Below, piece by piece: positions 25,106 through 35,542 of a stretch of 64,000 nucleotides of DNA. Both the position numbers and the translations under genes were made by a program. Under the pieces are notes generated by a model. It was given only the letters and a program-made list of their open reading frames with translations, was not told the DNA's origin and searched no databases. Source of the DNA: Curvularia clavata (lineage: Eukaryota); the NCBI GenBank assembly GCA_023920165.1, contig CP089275.1, positions 496,001 to 560,000 of the forward strand, written 5' to 3'. Every line of letters begins with the position of its first letter. The first letter of the stretch is position 1.

Positions 25106-26644
25106 TTAGTGGTCGTGTGCAAACGCATCATCATGGTCTGCCGCATCTTGCTCTGAAGAACGTATCGGAGGGCATCCGTTCAGCTCTAGACTAACCTCTA
25201 TGCCATGCAGTTTTCTAAATTGTGTCCTCGCGTCCTGAGTTGTAACGTCCACACTCAGCTCATCTGGGTGAAGCGCAACTAATCGCTCCAAGATTCTACG
25301 TGGGAGGTGGATGATGCACACGATTTTGACTTCGGGGCGGGGTTTGACACTGGACAGTGTAGGAGGGCTCCCCGCTACAGACGAAGATTTGCTGCTGGAG
25401 GACGATTCAAAATTCAAGGATGTGGAAGGCTGCGAATAAAGGGTGTCGCGTAGAAGCAAGCAAAGGGATTCAAGGCCCAGCTCTCGCTCGAAACGGAGAA
25501 AACTTGTGAACAGAGCATGTGCATCTTGTCGACTTGTAGCGCCCGTGGTTTGTCTGGCTTGAGGGTCTCCCATGGGTTCAAGGTGTTGTGGGTTTTGCAT
25601 CAGCGGGGGTGGAGGGCCATTAGGTTGCTGGTGCATCTGCGCATGCTGGAGATATTGTTGAGCAAGTAGGTTAGCGTTCAATGGCTGGTTCTGCTGGCCA
25701 TGTGCATGCGGTGCCGTATTTGCCGGGTGGTGCTGCGGTTGATGTGCCTGGTGATGCGCACCAAGCGCCAAAGCTCCTTGGGCGAATTGCAAGAAGGGCA
25801 TCGGTGGTGCTGGCGGTGGAGGCGGTGGCAGCTGGCCTCCCCCTGGTTGGGCATGGGTACCTCCTCCCCCAACGACTGGTGCGCCGGTGTTAGCCATGAC
25901 TTGTGTAAGGCTCTGGGCCTGCTGCTGAAGGGCATGCATTTGTTGTCCAAGGGCGTTTTGAACAGCCTGGATCTGTCCTCCTAGCCCTCCCAAAAGACCA
26001 GCGGGCGCTGCCTGAAAGGTGTTGAAGGCAGCAGGTAGCCCCATTGCTCCGCACCTCAAAAACACCCATAGACTCTTCAGATTGGGGAGGTCGCTTTTCA
26101 GACTCCTCTCTGGTTGTTTACTCCCCAGGTATGTAGCCCATAACTTCAAGTCTTTCTGTCTGATGCGAAAATAGACGTTCGCTATGTTGACGGATGCGGG
26201 AGATGCGACCACGCGGAACATGTTGCAATCGCTCGGGTGTGTGAAGACGAATTTGTTCTGCGAGTACAGGATATCTACACATTCTCTGTACACTTGCTTG
26301 TTGGCGCGGAGAAGACCGACGCCAACATTGTCGCAGTCGCTCAGCTCGGATTCCGGCGATTTGCCAGGCCACCAGAAGGGCAACTCGGAGACAAGGGCAA
26401 ACACATAGACGCGGTCCCGTAGCTCTCTGGGGAGCGACAAGAGGAGGGAGAAGGACGGATCGGATCGGGCATTGTGGCTGTGCGTGTGTGATGTTGTAGG
26501 AGTGGGGAGGGCGCTCTGCGAAGGGTTGCGGAGGCGCGCCGGGCGGCTTGCGGACGGTGATGGCTCCATCATGGTGGCGTCGAGAGACGAAGAGGTGTTG
26601 GAAGAAGCGCGCGACCGTGACGAAGTGGAATTGCGCGAAGCCAT
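25106..26644 (-). CDS. Hypothetical protein with F-box-like motif and Q/H/P-rich low-complexity insert
   Basis: 512-aa ORF. LLSLPRELRDRVYVFAL and LLRANKQVYRECVDILYSQNKFVF motifs are typical of fungal F-box-like proteins. Confidence 0.72.
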   Translation of the reverse strand: MASRNSTSSRSRASSNTSSSLDATMMEPSPSASRPARLRNPSQSALPTPTTSHTHSHNARSDPSFSLLLSLPRELRDRVYVFALVSELPFWWPGKSPESELSDCDNVGVGLLRANKQVYRECVDILYSQNKFVFTHPSDCNMFRVVASPASVNIANVYFRIRQKDLKLWATYLGSKQPERSLKSDLPNLKSLWVFLRCGAMGLPAAFNTFQAAPAGLLGGLGGQIQAVQNALGQQMHALQQQAQSLTQVMANTGAPVVGGGGTHAQPGGGQLPPPPPPAPPMPFLQFAQGALALGAHHQAHQPQHHPANTAPHAHGQQNQPLNANLLAQQYLQHAQMHQQPNGPPPPLMQNPQHLEPMGDPQARQTTGATSRQDAHALFTSFLRFERELGLESLCLLLRDTLYSQPSTSLNFESSSSSKSSSVAGSPPTLSSVKPRPEVKIVCIIHLPRRILERLVALHPDELSVDVTTQDARTQFRKLHGIEVSLELNGCPPIRSSEQDAADHDDAFAHDH

Positions 26645-27422
26645 GCCCTTTTACTAGAGGCGGGAGGTGAAAGCTGGTGAGAGCCTTGTGGGGCGGTGAT
26701 GCAATGCGATTATGCGGCGCGATAGTCGACAAGGGCTTTCCCGTCGCCTGGCCGGTATGCAGTAAGCCAAGGCGTTGGAGGTTGAGCTTTACAAATACAA
26801 TTCGTGTGACAAGCAAACAGCCGGGTGTTGTAAGACGACAGGCATGCTTATACACTCACCGGTCACCAGGAAAGAGACAAAGAACGTGTTGGGAAGAAAG
26901 TGTTGGGGTAGCCATGCCCGTACCTTTTGCAAGCTGCATGGCTGGCGTCCCATCACCGTCCGCGCGGCTACAGATGAGTCGATCAGTTCTATTGGCATCC
27001 AATCATCTCCATCCTCTTTACATATTGTTCTTTCGGGCTCCGTAGAGGGGCCGTCTTTTCCCTCGTGACAGCTTGGGCGGGGCGCTTGGCAGGGCTGAAG
27101 CGCTGGTATGCAGCTCGGCTTTCATGTGTTCATGACTTCATTCGCAGGAAAACTGTAGCCGATATATTACCCAGAGAAAAATCAGGATCACGGAAGCTTT
27201 TAAATGCTCCGGCCCGTGGCGCTGGCGCCGCATGATTGAACGGGACCGAGTACTCCCTGCCAACCAGTTAAATTGTTCAGCCAACAACCGTGATGTGTTG
27301 GAAATTCAGTCCAGCCTGATGTAAAAATGTCCTCAGATTGTAAATTACCACATGGTGATCTTCATGCGCCCAACACGTGAGCGTCTAGATTCATTTAGGG
27401 GAATACATGAAGCAACCACGGC

Positions 27423-28310
27423 TTATGGCAACACTCTCCATATTGAATACTTTACATGAAATGCCTTTAGTTCCCTAACAATTTCGCCCATGGAACCAAT
27501 ACTTCCATTCCAGCAACGCTGTATTAGCCTACAAAGAGGAAGGTGTGTAACATCGGGAAATTGCCCATTGGTGTACAGCTCTTTGACCCGCGGGGAGGGC
27601 TCATTGCCCGTTAGATATTCATAGTATGGTGGCCGCCCCGTCAAAACCTCATAAATAGCACAGCCAAATGCAAATATATCTGTGAGTTCACTCACTTGTG
27701 GAGTGGATGGACGATAGCTAAACCATTCGTAGCAAGAGTCTGCAGGTTCGCCATCAATACCACAGCCTTCGAAATCAATCAACTTTACGTTCTGGTCTCC
27801 TGTTAGGATCCAGTTGTGGCATCCAACATCGGCATGAATGATATTGAGGCTGTGTAGATATTCAAGGCCTTTGGCTGCGTCTTTCAGCCACTTGAGTTTT
27901 GTCCGTGTAGGTATCTTGTGTGCGGCGGGATCTTGTAATATCGTTCGAAGGGACGTGCCTCGCTCGAGAATCAGAGAACCATCGTTTCGTACTTCCAGCA
28001 ACTTAGTAATATGAGGGTGTCTACCAAGCCGCTCATAAACTCGAAGCTCCTTTTTGTCGGCTTCACATTCGTGGAACTCCTTCAGGACTCTTTTGGAATC
28101 TAGCCCATACACCACTCCTGATTTTCCAGCACCAAGAGATCCTGTCGTACCGGGCGGCTTTCCGAAGCCGGTTTCGCTCCGAGGTCGTAGCCTTTTGATA
28201 TACACAATGAAAAAAGATTCTAGGGGTGAAAAAAGAGAGTGGAGGGATTTCATAGCGCAGACCTGACGTTTGTTATATTGTGATAGCTCCTTGACCGAAG
28301 ACAAAACCAA
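27423..28310 (-). CDS. Protein kinase-like protein (fungal non-RD type); start may be the ATG at 28253
   Basis: GAGKSGVVY glycine loop, VLKEF lysine, IIHADVGCHN catalytic loop, LIDFEG, DIFAFGCAIYEVLTGRPPY. Confidence 0.85.
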   Translation of the reverse strand: MVLSSVKELSQYNKRQVCAMKSLHSLFSPLESFFIVYIKRLRPRSETGFGKPPGTTGSLGAGKSGVVYGLDSKRVLKEFHECEADKKELRVYERLGRHPHITKLLEVRNDGSLILERGTSLRTILQDPAAHKIPTRTKLKWLKDAAKGLEYLHSLNIIHADVGCHNWILTGDQNVKLIDFEGCGIDGEPADSCYEWFSYRPSTPQVSELTDIFAFGCAIYEVLTGRPPYYEYLTGNEPSPRVKELYTNGQFPDVTHLPLCRLIQRCWNGSIGSMGEIVRELKAFHVKYSIWRVLP

Positions 28311-28664
28311 TGGCGCGGAAAATAGTGAAGCCGGCCCAATCCAGGCACTTCAGTCACGGACGTGCTGTGTAATGTTCTTGCTTTTTCCAAAGCGTCAAAG
28401 CTCAGAACTGTCTCACCGTGGAGCGGGTTGCGGGTTTCGATACTTGACATCATACCGCGTTTAGTATGGAGAGGCCTACTTGGATAGACACAGAAGATGT
28501 ATCTGCCAGAGAACAACCAGCGACATAGAGGCAAAATTATTTAGAATCTCTTCAATATTACAAACTACTATTCACACTCAATCAGGTACTGCTAACTTTT
28601 CCAGCCTGAAAAAATATCGAAAAAAATCTGATCCTCTATTTCTTTTCCTTCTATCAAAAGAATT

Positions 28665-31526
28665 TCAACGACTACTTCGCCTACTCGACCTCTCAACCCC
28701 ACTACCCTGCTGCTCTGAACTATACTCCACCCTACTTGCGGCCCGCGTACTCCGACGAGTCTGTCTCTCAACACCATCTTGTCCACTCGCAACCCGCGCG
28801 GGCGGATCATCCAATCTAAACTCCTTACTCTGCGTCACGGGCTGCGGGTTGAAGCTGGCCTTGCGCGGCACCGCACTACGTACGCGATGCGAAGATCTAA
28901 CAGCGGAGAGGCAGGGACCATTGCCCAGGGTGCTTGACTTGCGGCGGAACACTGCGTTGACAAGCGCGTCGATTTGCTCTTGTGTAATGACCGGCGAGTT
29001 GCTGCCTCCGGGTGGAAGTTCAAAATTCTGCCACTCATCGTCATTGGTTGGGAACATATTGCTACAGCTCTCTTTCCGTGCATCAAAGGTTTGATTAGAC
29101 GGTAGGCCGGTTTCTGTGGGTCCAGTTACACTCAGAGTAGGCACGTCAGCCAAGGGCGGAGTATCCTTGGGCTCGGCGTAGTTGACACGTTCTCTCTGGC
29201 GGAGACCTTCACGACTGCTGCGCGATTCTAGTCGTGGTGGGGGCATCTCTTCGATATCGCTGTCTTCGTCATCTTCGAAGACGCCACGAGTGGTCTTGCG
29301 CTTCTTAGGCGCGTACCTGGGAGTTATATCTTCATCTTCTGAATCGCTATAAACAGCGCGCCGCTTGTTAGACCTTCTGGAAGTAACTACGATCGCATCT
29401 TCGACATCAGACCCAGGGCTGCATTTACGAGATTGAGAGCGCTTGTCCTTCTTCCGCTCTTCGCCAGCAATGAGCTTTTCGCGCATCGCGATGCACTTCG
29501 CAATACGCTGTTTGATCTCAGGATGGAACTGATTGTAGTAAGCCGAATAGTTGAAATCCTTCTTGGGCACTTTTTTCAGAAGCTCCTTGACTTCTGGAAG
29601 CATCTCAATCTTCTTGTCCACGAGCCTGACTTCCAAGTCACCACAGTGAACGGGGAAAGAGCCAGGCCGAATCTTACGATCGACAATAAACTGCTTCATC
29701 TGAGAATTGGCACGGAACTTAATGTTCGTCTGGTATAGTTGGTAGACCAGTGTGCGTTCGTGCGGCTTGGGTGCACCCCTTGGATATTCCTCGTGAACGG
29801 GGTAATCAGAGAACTCAGGTGTTTCAGCAAGCCGACCTCTACTCGCAGCATCGACGAACTTATTTGCTAATTGGGCCTCTTGATAGTGCTTGGGGCCAAA
29901 TGCAGATGCGAAGTGGCCCTTGGGCTCCTTCTCCATGCTTACACGCTGGTCCACTCGTACATCGGCAACCTGGCAAATGTATGCAAAATCCAAGAAACGC
30001 TCCATACAGTACAGATGTGCGTAACCAACGCAGTCATAAGGATCTGTGACACCTGCACCATATGTCTTGTGCTTCTCGTCAAACGCGACACGATAGCCAC
30101 CCACTTCAGCCGTACCCTTACCAGTGTATACGCGCATTGGGCATTTCTCAAATCGACAGTGACTATGAGATGCGGATGCATAACGGCGCGCCGAATCAGA
30201 AGCTACCGGCTGTATCCAGATGCGCAGATTGTTGCCAGGGTATTGAGTGATGTACTCAAAGATCTGGCGAGCGGACATGGTGCGCTTCTTGAACTCATGC
30301 ATCCCATTGTTCTGGCTATACTCAAAGGTGTAGCGGGTTGAGGTCCAATTACCGTGAGGGATATCTCTGCTTTTGTACTTGCGACCTTCTTCGGCGTGCT
30401 GATTGATGCGAGCTGTGCGAGTGGTTTCTCCCTTGGTGGTGTTGTTAATACGGACCCAAGGCTTGTCCTCGCATTTCTTTGGCTTTTCGCCAGCCTTGAG
30501 GACGCCCAGTTTTACGGGCTTACTCAGAGAGTTGTCCTCAGAAACAGAGGAGTGGCTACGAGTAGTGAATGGTGACTTGATGGGTCTAACGTTACTACCT
30601 CTCCGTTCTCGCTTGTTGATAGGCATGTTAGCTTCAGAGCTTAAGCTATCGAACTGTGATCGCTTCCGCTTCCGTAATGACTGCACAGCGTTTTGCTGTG
30701 GGATATTATAGTACTCTGCTGGCATTACAGAGGTTTCAATGTAGTCTCCTGTATACTGTTGCTGTGTAGCAGGATAGTAAGGGTTGTTCGTATATACTGA
30801 ACCAGAAGGATCAGGATACATAGACTGTGGTTGACCGAAGTCTAGATATTGCGACATATCTGGTATGAACGAACTGCTTCCAGGAATCGCTGATAGTCCG
30901 AAGGTGGTATCATCAATCTGGGATGTAGCCTGTAGAGTTTCCACGTTCAGGTTGTGAAGAACAGGCTCAACAGGCGGTTCAACAGGCGGATCCAATCCAA
31001 CCTGAAAGTTGTAGGTGGGCTCGACCGAGGGTTGGGGATTACTGTATTCCTCTGGCTGAGTAAAGGATATCCCAAGTCCTTGCCCGGATTGATCGGCCTG
31101 AAAGAGCTCAGTGTACTGGAGATGATTAGCATCAAAACCATCCGTAGCCAAGCTTGTGCTGTTCTCTTCAATCCAGTTATCTAAGGCTTGAAAATCATTT
31201 CCATCGTTGGTCAAGCCATAGTTAGCACCGAGCTGATCTAGATCGAAGAATTGATCATAAAGAGAGGGATCTATTGTGCTAGGCAAACCAAGCACACCAT
31301 TGGAACCATTCCTATTCCGGGATCCCGCACTGGAATGTCGTGTTGTTACATGATCTACTGGCAAATCTGCGCCCCGGGACATCGTCCGAGAAGACTTTGA
31401 ATTGTAGTGGTTACGACCAGACGCGGGCTGTGATGGCCTACGGGCCGGCTCATCGGATTGACTTTGATTGTGTGAAGGCGCTCCCGGAAACACCGGAGAC
31501 CTTTTCGGTATAGAGGTGGAGGACAT
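28665..31526 (-). CDS. Hypothetical 953-aa protein, possibly nuclear/regulatory
   Basis: Long uninterrupted ORF with an acidic/aromatic N-terminal region, RKRKR, and a compact central domain containing CRFEKC...HLYC. Confidence 0.75.
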   Translation of the reverse strand: MSSTSIPKRSPVFPGAPSHNQSQSDEPARRPSQPASGRNHYNSKSSRTMSRGADLPVDHVTTRHSSAGSRNRNGSNGVLGLPSTIDPSLYDQFFDLDQLGANYGLTNDGNDFQALDNWIEENSTSLATDGFDANHLQYTELFQADQSGQGLGISFTQPEEYSNPQPSVEPTYNFQVGLDPPVEPPVEPVLHNLNVETLQATSQIDDTTFGLSAIPGSSSFIPDMSQYLDFGQPQSMYPDPSGSVYTNNPYYPATQQQYTGDYIETSVMPAEYYNIPQQNAVQSLRKRKRSQFDSLSSEANMPINKRERRGSNVRPIKSPFTTRSHSSVSEDNSLSKPVKLGVLKAGEKPKKCEDKPWVRINNTTKGETTRTARINQHAEEGRKYKSRDIPHGNWTSTRYTFEYSQNNGMHEFKKRTMSARQIFEYITQYPGNNLRIWIQPVASDSARRYASASHSHCRFEKCPMRVYTGKGTAEVGGYRVAFDEKHKTYGAGVTDPYDCVGYAHLYCMERFLDFAYICQVADVRVDQRVSMEKEPKGHFASAFGPKHYQEAQLANKFVDAASRGRLAETPEFSDYPVHEEYPRGAPKPHERTLVYQLYQTNIKFRANSQMKQFIVDRKIRPGSFPVHCGDLEVRLVDKKIEMLPEVKELLKKVPKKDFNYSAYYNQFHPEIKQRIAKCIAMREKLIAGEERKKDKRSQSRKCSPGSDVEDAIVVTSRRSNKRRAVYSDSEDEDITPRYAPKKRKTTRGVFEDDEDSDIEEMPPPRLESRSSREGLRQRERVNYAEPKDTPPLADVPTLSVTGPTETGLPSNQTFDARKESCSNMFPTNDDEWQNFELPPGGSNSPVITQEQIDALVNAVFRRKSSTLGNGPCLSAVRSSHRVRSAVPRKASFNPQPVTQSKEFRLDDPPARVASGQDGVERQTRRSTRAASRVEYSSEQQGSGVERSSRRSSR

Positions 31527-34402
31527 TGATAATTTTTCTTACACAGAATGAGTACGGAGTGAACTCACAGCGTAAACGATACCCCGCAGATATATGATCG
31601 TACATGTTCTTTTATTGTCACAGTTACGGGGTTTATTAGACAAAGGAAGCCCGTGTAAGCGCATAGGTCATTGTGCTGGAAGGATATGCCATTGTGCTAA
31701 GCGTACAAAGCACGATGTGAAGGGCGGCAGCTAACGGGAAGCAGCCACATCGACTTTCTTTCTGCCCTTGTTAGATACTCGATTGATAACCCGGGCTTGT
31801 GACAAGGTGCCAACTGAGACACCCTTCTGAAAGGCTTCCTGGTTTACTTGCTCACATGCCGGCGAAGACATCCAGAAACATGTTATCCTGTTTCTCGGTG
31901 TACCGAAACGATGGGATAGAAATGCCCCTTCAAGGCCACGCAGCTCACGGTCAAATCACCAAAGCAGTAGAAACGTCATGTAAAAGAGTATTCGGATTGG
32001 TCTACATGTGTTCGTATTTGCTTCATGGCTCTAATAGCTAGGAAATGGGCGTAATGTTCTTTCGACTGTCTCATGTATCGCGAGCCTGCTGACTGTTAGC
32101 TACTAAGCCCCATAATAGTAGTAGAGCAGCGAAAAAAGATTATGAGTGAATCAGAAGATGTTAAGCAAATTTTTCGACACTATTTTTACGAACAGGTCTG
32201 TGAATTTTTGTCTTTTTTTCATCATAAAACAAAGAATGAGAGACATTGTGAACATACCAGGAGCAGTCTGTGTGACATGCAAGCTAAGCTGGAGGTCAGT
32301 AGATGCCATTGATGCGGCTATGCTGCAGTGCCAGCTCACGCGTCTCAAATAAAAGACGACGGTGAGAGCATCAATCCCATAGCTGGTAGGAAAGACTAAG
32401 GGCTGCACCCAAAGGCGGCGCTTTGAGGTGCGGTTGCGGCGTTGGAGATGTGGCAGAGATTGGACTGAAGCTTAAGGACAAAGAAAACTAAATCCCGAGC
32501 CGCTAACGGAAGGCTGGTTTTTCCGGCCGAACATCAAAGCGTGCTTATGTAATGTCGATGGATTTCTCTTGGCAGGGCTACACCGTTGAAAATCTTGGTT
32601 GGTAGGCTGAGCAGATAAGCGACAATCGCAAAGATGTGCCTGAACGATCAGCCATTGGAGCGTAAGATCTAGAATCAGGGGGAACGACACAGAGATACTT
32701 GCGCTTGACAGGTACAGGGCACTGATTGGCCAAGGAGCTGCGGCGATCATGTCAGCGATCATGTCTTGCAACCGCTTGGATGCCGAGTCCAGCACCACTC
32801 CATGTGCGATTGTTCTACAAGTGTGTATTTCTCCCTCGAGGGAGGGTACAGCATCCTTGGCCATTTTACAATGCACCATTAAAAACGCCGTTTTTGTTTT
32901 GTCTCGTTTGGCCCCGCTCCGAGGACGGATCAGCCCTGTCGGATAGCTGTTACTATGCAAATAGGCAAGCTGTGTCGGCGCGGCAGGCTTGGGTTGCCAG
33001 GCGAAGTGGATCAGGCCGTCAAAAGCATGTCCTTGACTATTCTCGCCGAGTGTCAAAACGGCCAAGACCGAATAGAGTGTACATTCACCTGTCCGGTTAG
33101 ACAATGGCTGGAAGATCGCCTGCTGTACCTCGAAGGTAGTATGCGGCACTACTGCAGCCAGGAAAAGCTTGGCAGTACGTACAGTACGCCTCGTTGAACG
33201 CCTAGCGCAGGGTTCTTGTCGTTGCCGAAAAAGTTGGCCAATCTCATGTGAGCCTGCCTGGACCGATGGCACTTCTTGAATACTGAGTGTGCGGGAGTCG
33301 TTCTGGGCTTTTACTCGAGTACTGACCAGGTCCCTTCCAGGCAGACCAAAAATTACACAAAGTGTGTGCCAAGCACTTGGACGCTCCCAAAAGAAAAGTG
33401 TAGTTGAACCCCGTAATTGAGAGCAAGGGTCAGTCACAAAACGGCCACGCGAGGCGTACGCAATCATGGTGAGTGGCTCGTGTCATACGCGGTTTCTCCC
33501 CGCTTGTATTCTCCGAACTCACGGCAAGATGGGCGCACAGCCCTGGTAAGCTTGTTTCATCTCTATCGAGGCGTTCCTGACGATCCATGATCTAGTACCT
33601 TCGCCAGCCGCCTAGCGAACGTTTTCAGGCGTTGAAAGTTGTTGAGCATCCTTTTTCACATGATACGAATGGTGCATGATCTCCACCTCTAGCCAGAATG
33701 ATACAGACCTGTACAGCGACTTGCCATCCTTCTCCACCATGATAGCACTAGTGCCAAGGAAAAGCAAAGTTGTTTGTCTATTGCAAGTACCATAACGCTC
33801 TGCTTAGCCCCCTCCACCACTTGCGATAGCGACGCAGACCTATGCAATAACATTTTCACCCATTCCCCAAGGCGGTAGCCCAGCTGATTAAGAGGGTTTT
33901 TCTTACGGAGACATAGATCTATGCAATAGTACTTACCATTTTTCCAATCGTGATGAACTTGCCAAGCAATGCTGGCGATACGCCTGACACGAACACAGTC
34001 GTATTCCAGCCTTGGTCCCGGGTATGAGAAGGCCGTGCGCCCACACCAGCACGGCCCTCGATGGCACAAACACCCTCCCGCGACCGTTAGACGCTTACCA
34101 TTCGTTCTTATGTAGTGCTGTGGCGTTCTAGCCTGTGCAGATCTCTATGAGATCCATGATATTGCACCACTGTGCTCCACCTTGCTGCTGGAGGACGATG
34201 CCGTTCTATGAACTACCCAGAGTAATGACTGACGCTTCAGCTACTGCGGACTATAAAGTCATGAAGCCCTCTGGCTGCTTCTGGTCAGTCTTCTTTGGAC
34301 TATTGACAAAGACTTCTTGACCTCCAAAACATTATCACCTCGATTTTCCATATATCCAACACTTCTAGCATTGTCCTTCTCAAGAGAAGTGGAACTTACA
34401 CA

Positions 34403-35542
34403 ATGTCCAAGATAAAGAGAATCTTCAGCAAGCTCATCGGCAAGCTCTTCCGCCACGGTGACAGTAATCCGCCCGAAGATGTTTCGGATGCCTCTGAGAA
34501 TGATGGTGTCGGTCCCGATGTTCTCCATGAGAGCTGCGCTTATCCATCCACTGGAGTGGATATCATCTTTATCCATGGCCTTGGGGGCTCTCGTGTGGAG
34601 ACTTGGTCAACTGGAGGGTGCTTCTGGATAAAGGACTTCCTTTCAGTGGACCTAAAGGACGTGAGAATCATCACTTGGGGGTACGATGCAAACATAGCCA
34701 ATGATTTCCCCCCTGCAAGCAGTGAGAGCATATATGGTCACGCTGAGACGCTGCTCAATGATCTATGTAGGATCCGACCTTCGATTGTAAGACCCCCTTG
34801 ACTGTTACTTCCAAGGTGCACTGTATTGAAAATGCATTCTAGACACGGCCCATCATCTTCGTCTGTCATAGCCTTGGAGGCTTGGTGGTCAAGGAGGCTC
34901 TGATCACAGCTGCCGCATACTGGAACTCTGGCCGCCATCCCAACTTTGCCGTTACCTATACCAACACAAGAGGGATAATTTTCCTCGGTACGCCACACCG
35001 CGGAAGTGAAAAGGCGAGCCTCGCGAAAGTTCTTGCCAATATTGCCTCTCTTCATCGGCCGAATAAAAAGCTGGTACGGGCGCTTCAACAAAATTCTCAT
35101 ATCTTACAGAAGCAACGTGACGATTTCGTTACCATTTCTAAGAAAATTTCTATCGTCTGTGTGAGGGAAGAAATCCCAATGTTTCCTATTGGCATGGTAA
35201 GACCCCTATTATCAGTAATTGTTGTTCTTTGTTAAACTTGTTGAACAGATTGTGCCAGAGGCATCTGCATCCTATGATGGTTTTGATGTGAAAAAGGGGG
35301 CCATTCATGCGAATCATATCAACATGGTCAAATTCAAGACCAGGGATACAAATTATCAAAAGGTTCTTGCGTGGATCAAAGAGATGCAGCGCCAGGCTGT
35401 TGTGGCACAGCCAGGCCATCGCTCCCTTTTAGGACTAGCGCCTTGGCACAGGCCTAGAATACTTGCCTGCTCCATAGTTCTGATAGCACTCACCATACTT
35501 GTACACTACTGTTTTGCCCCTGCTTTGGCTACTTGGCCTTAA
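34403..35542 (+). CDS. SesB/SERAC1/PGAP1-like alpha/beta hydrolase with hydrophobic C-terminus, 3 exons
   Basis: Exons 34403-34786, 34843-35196 and 35249-35542 join in frame. VDIIFIHGLGG, WGYDA, PIIFVCHSLGGLVVK (nucleophile elbow), GIIFLGTPHRGS and ANHINMVKF. Confidence 0.85.
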
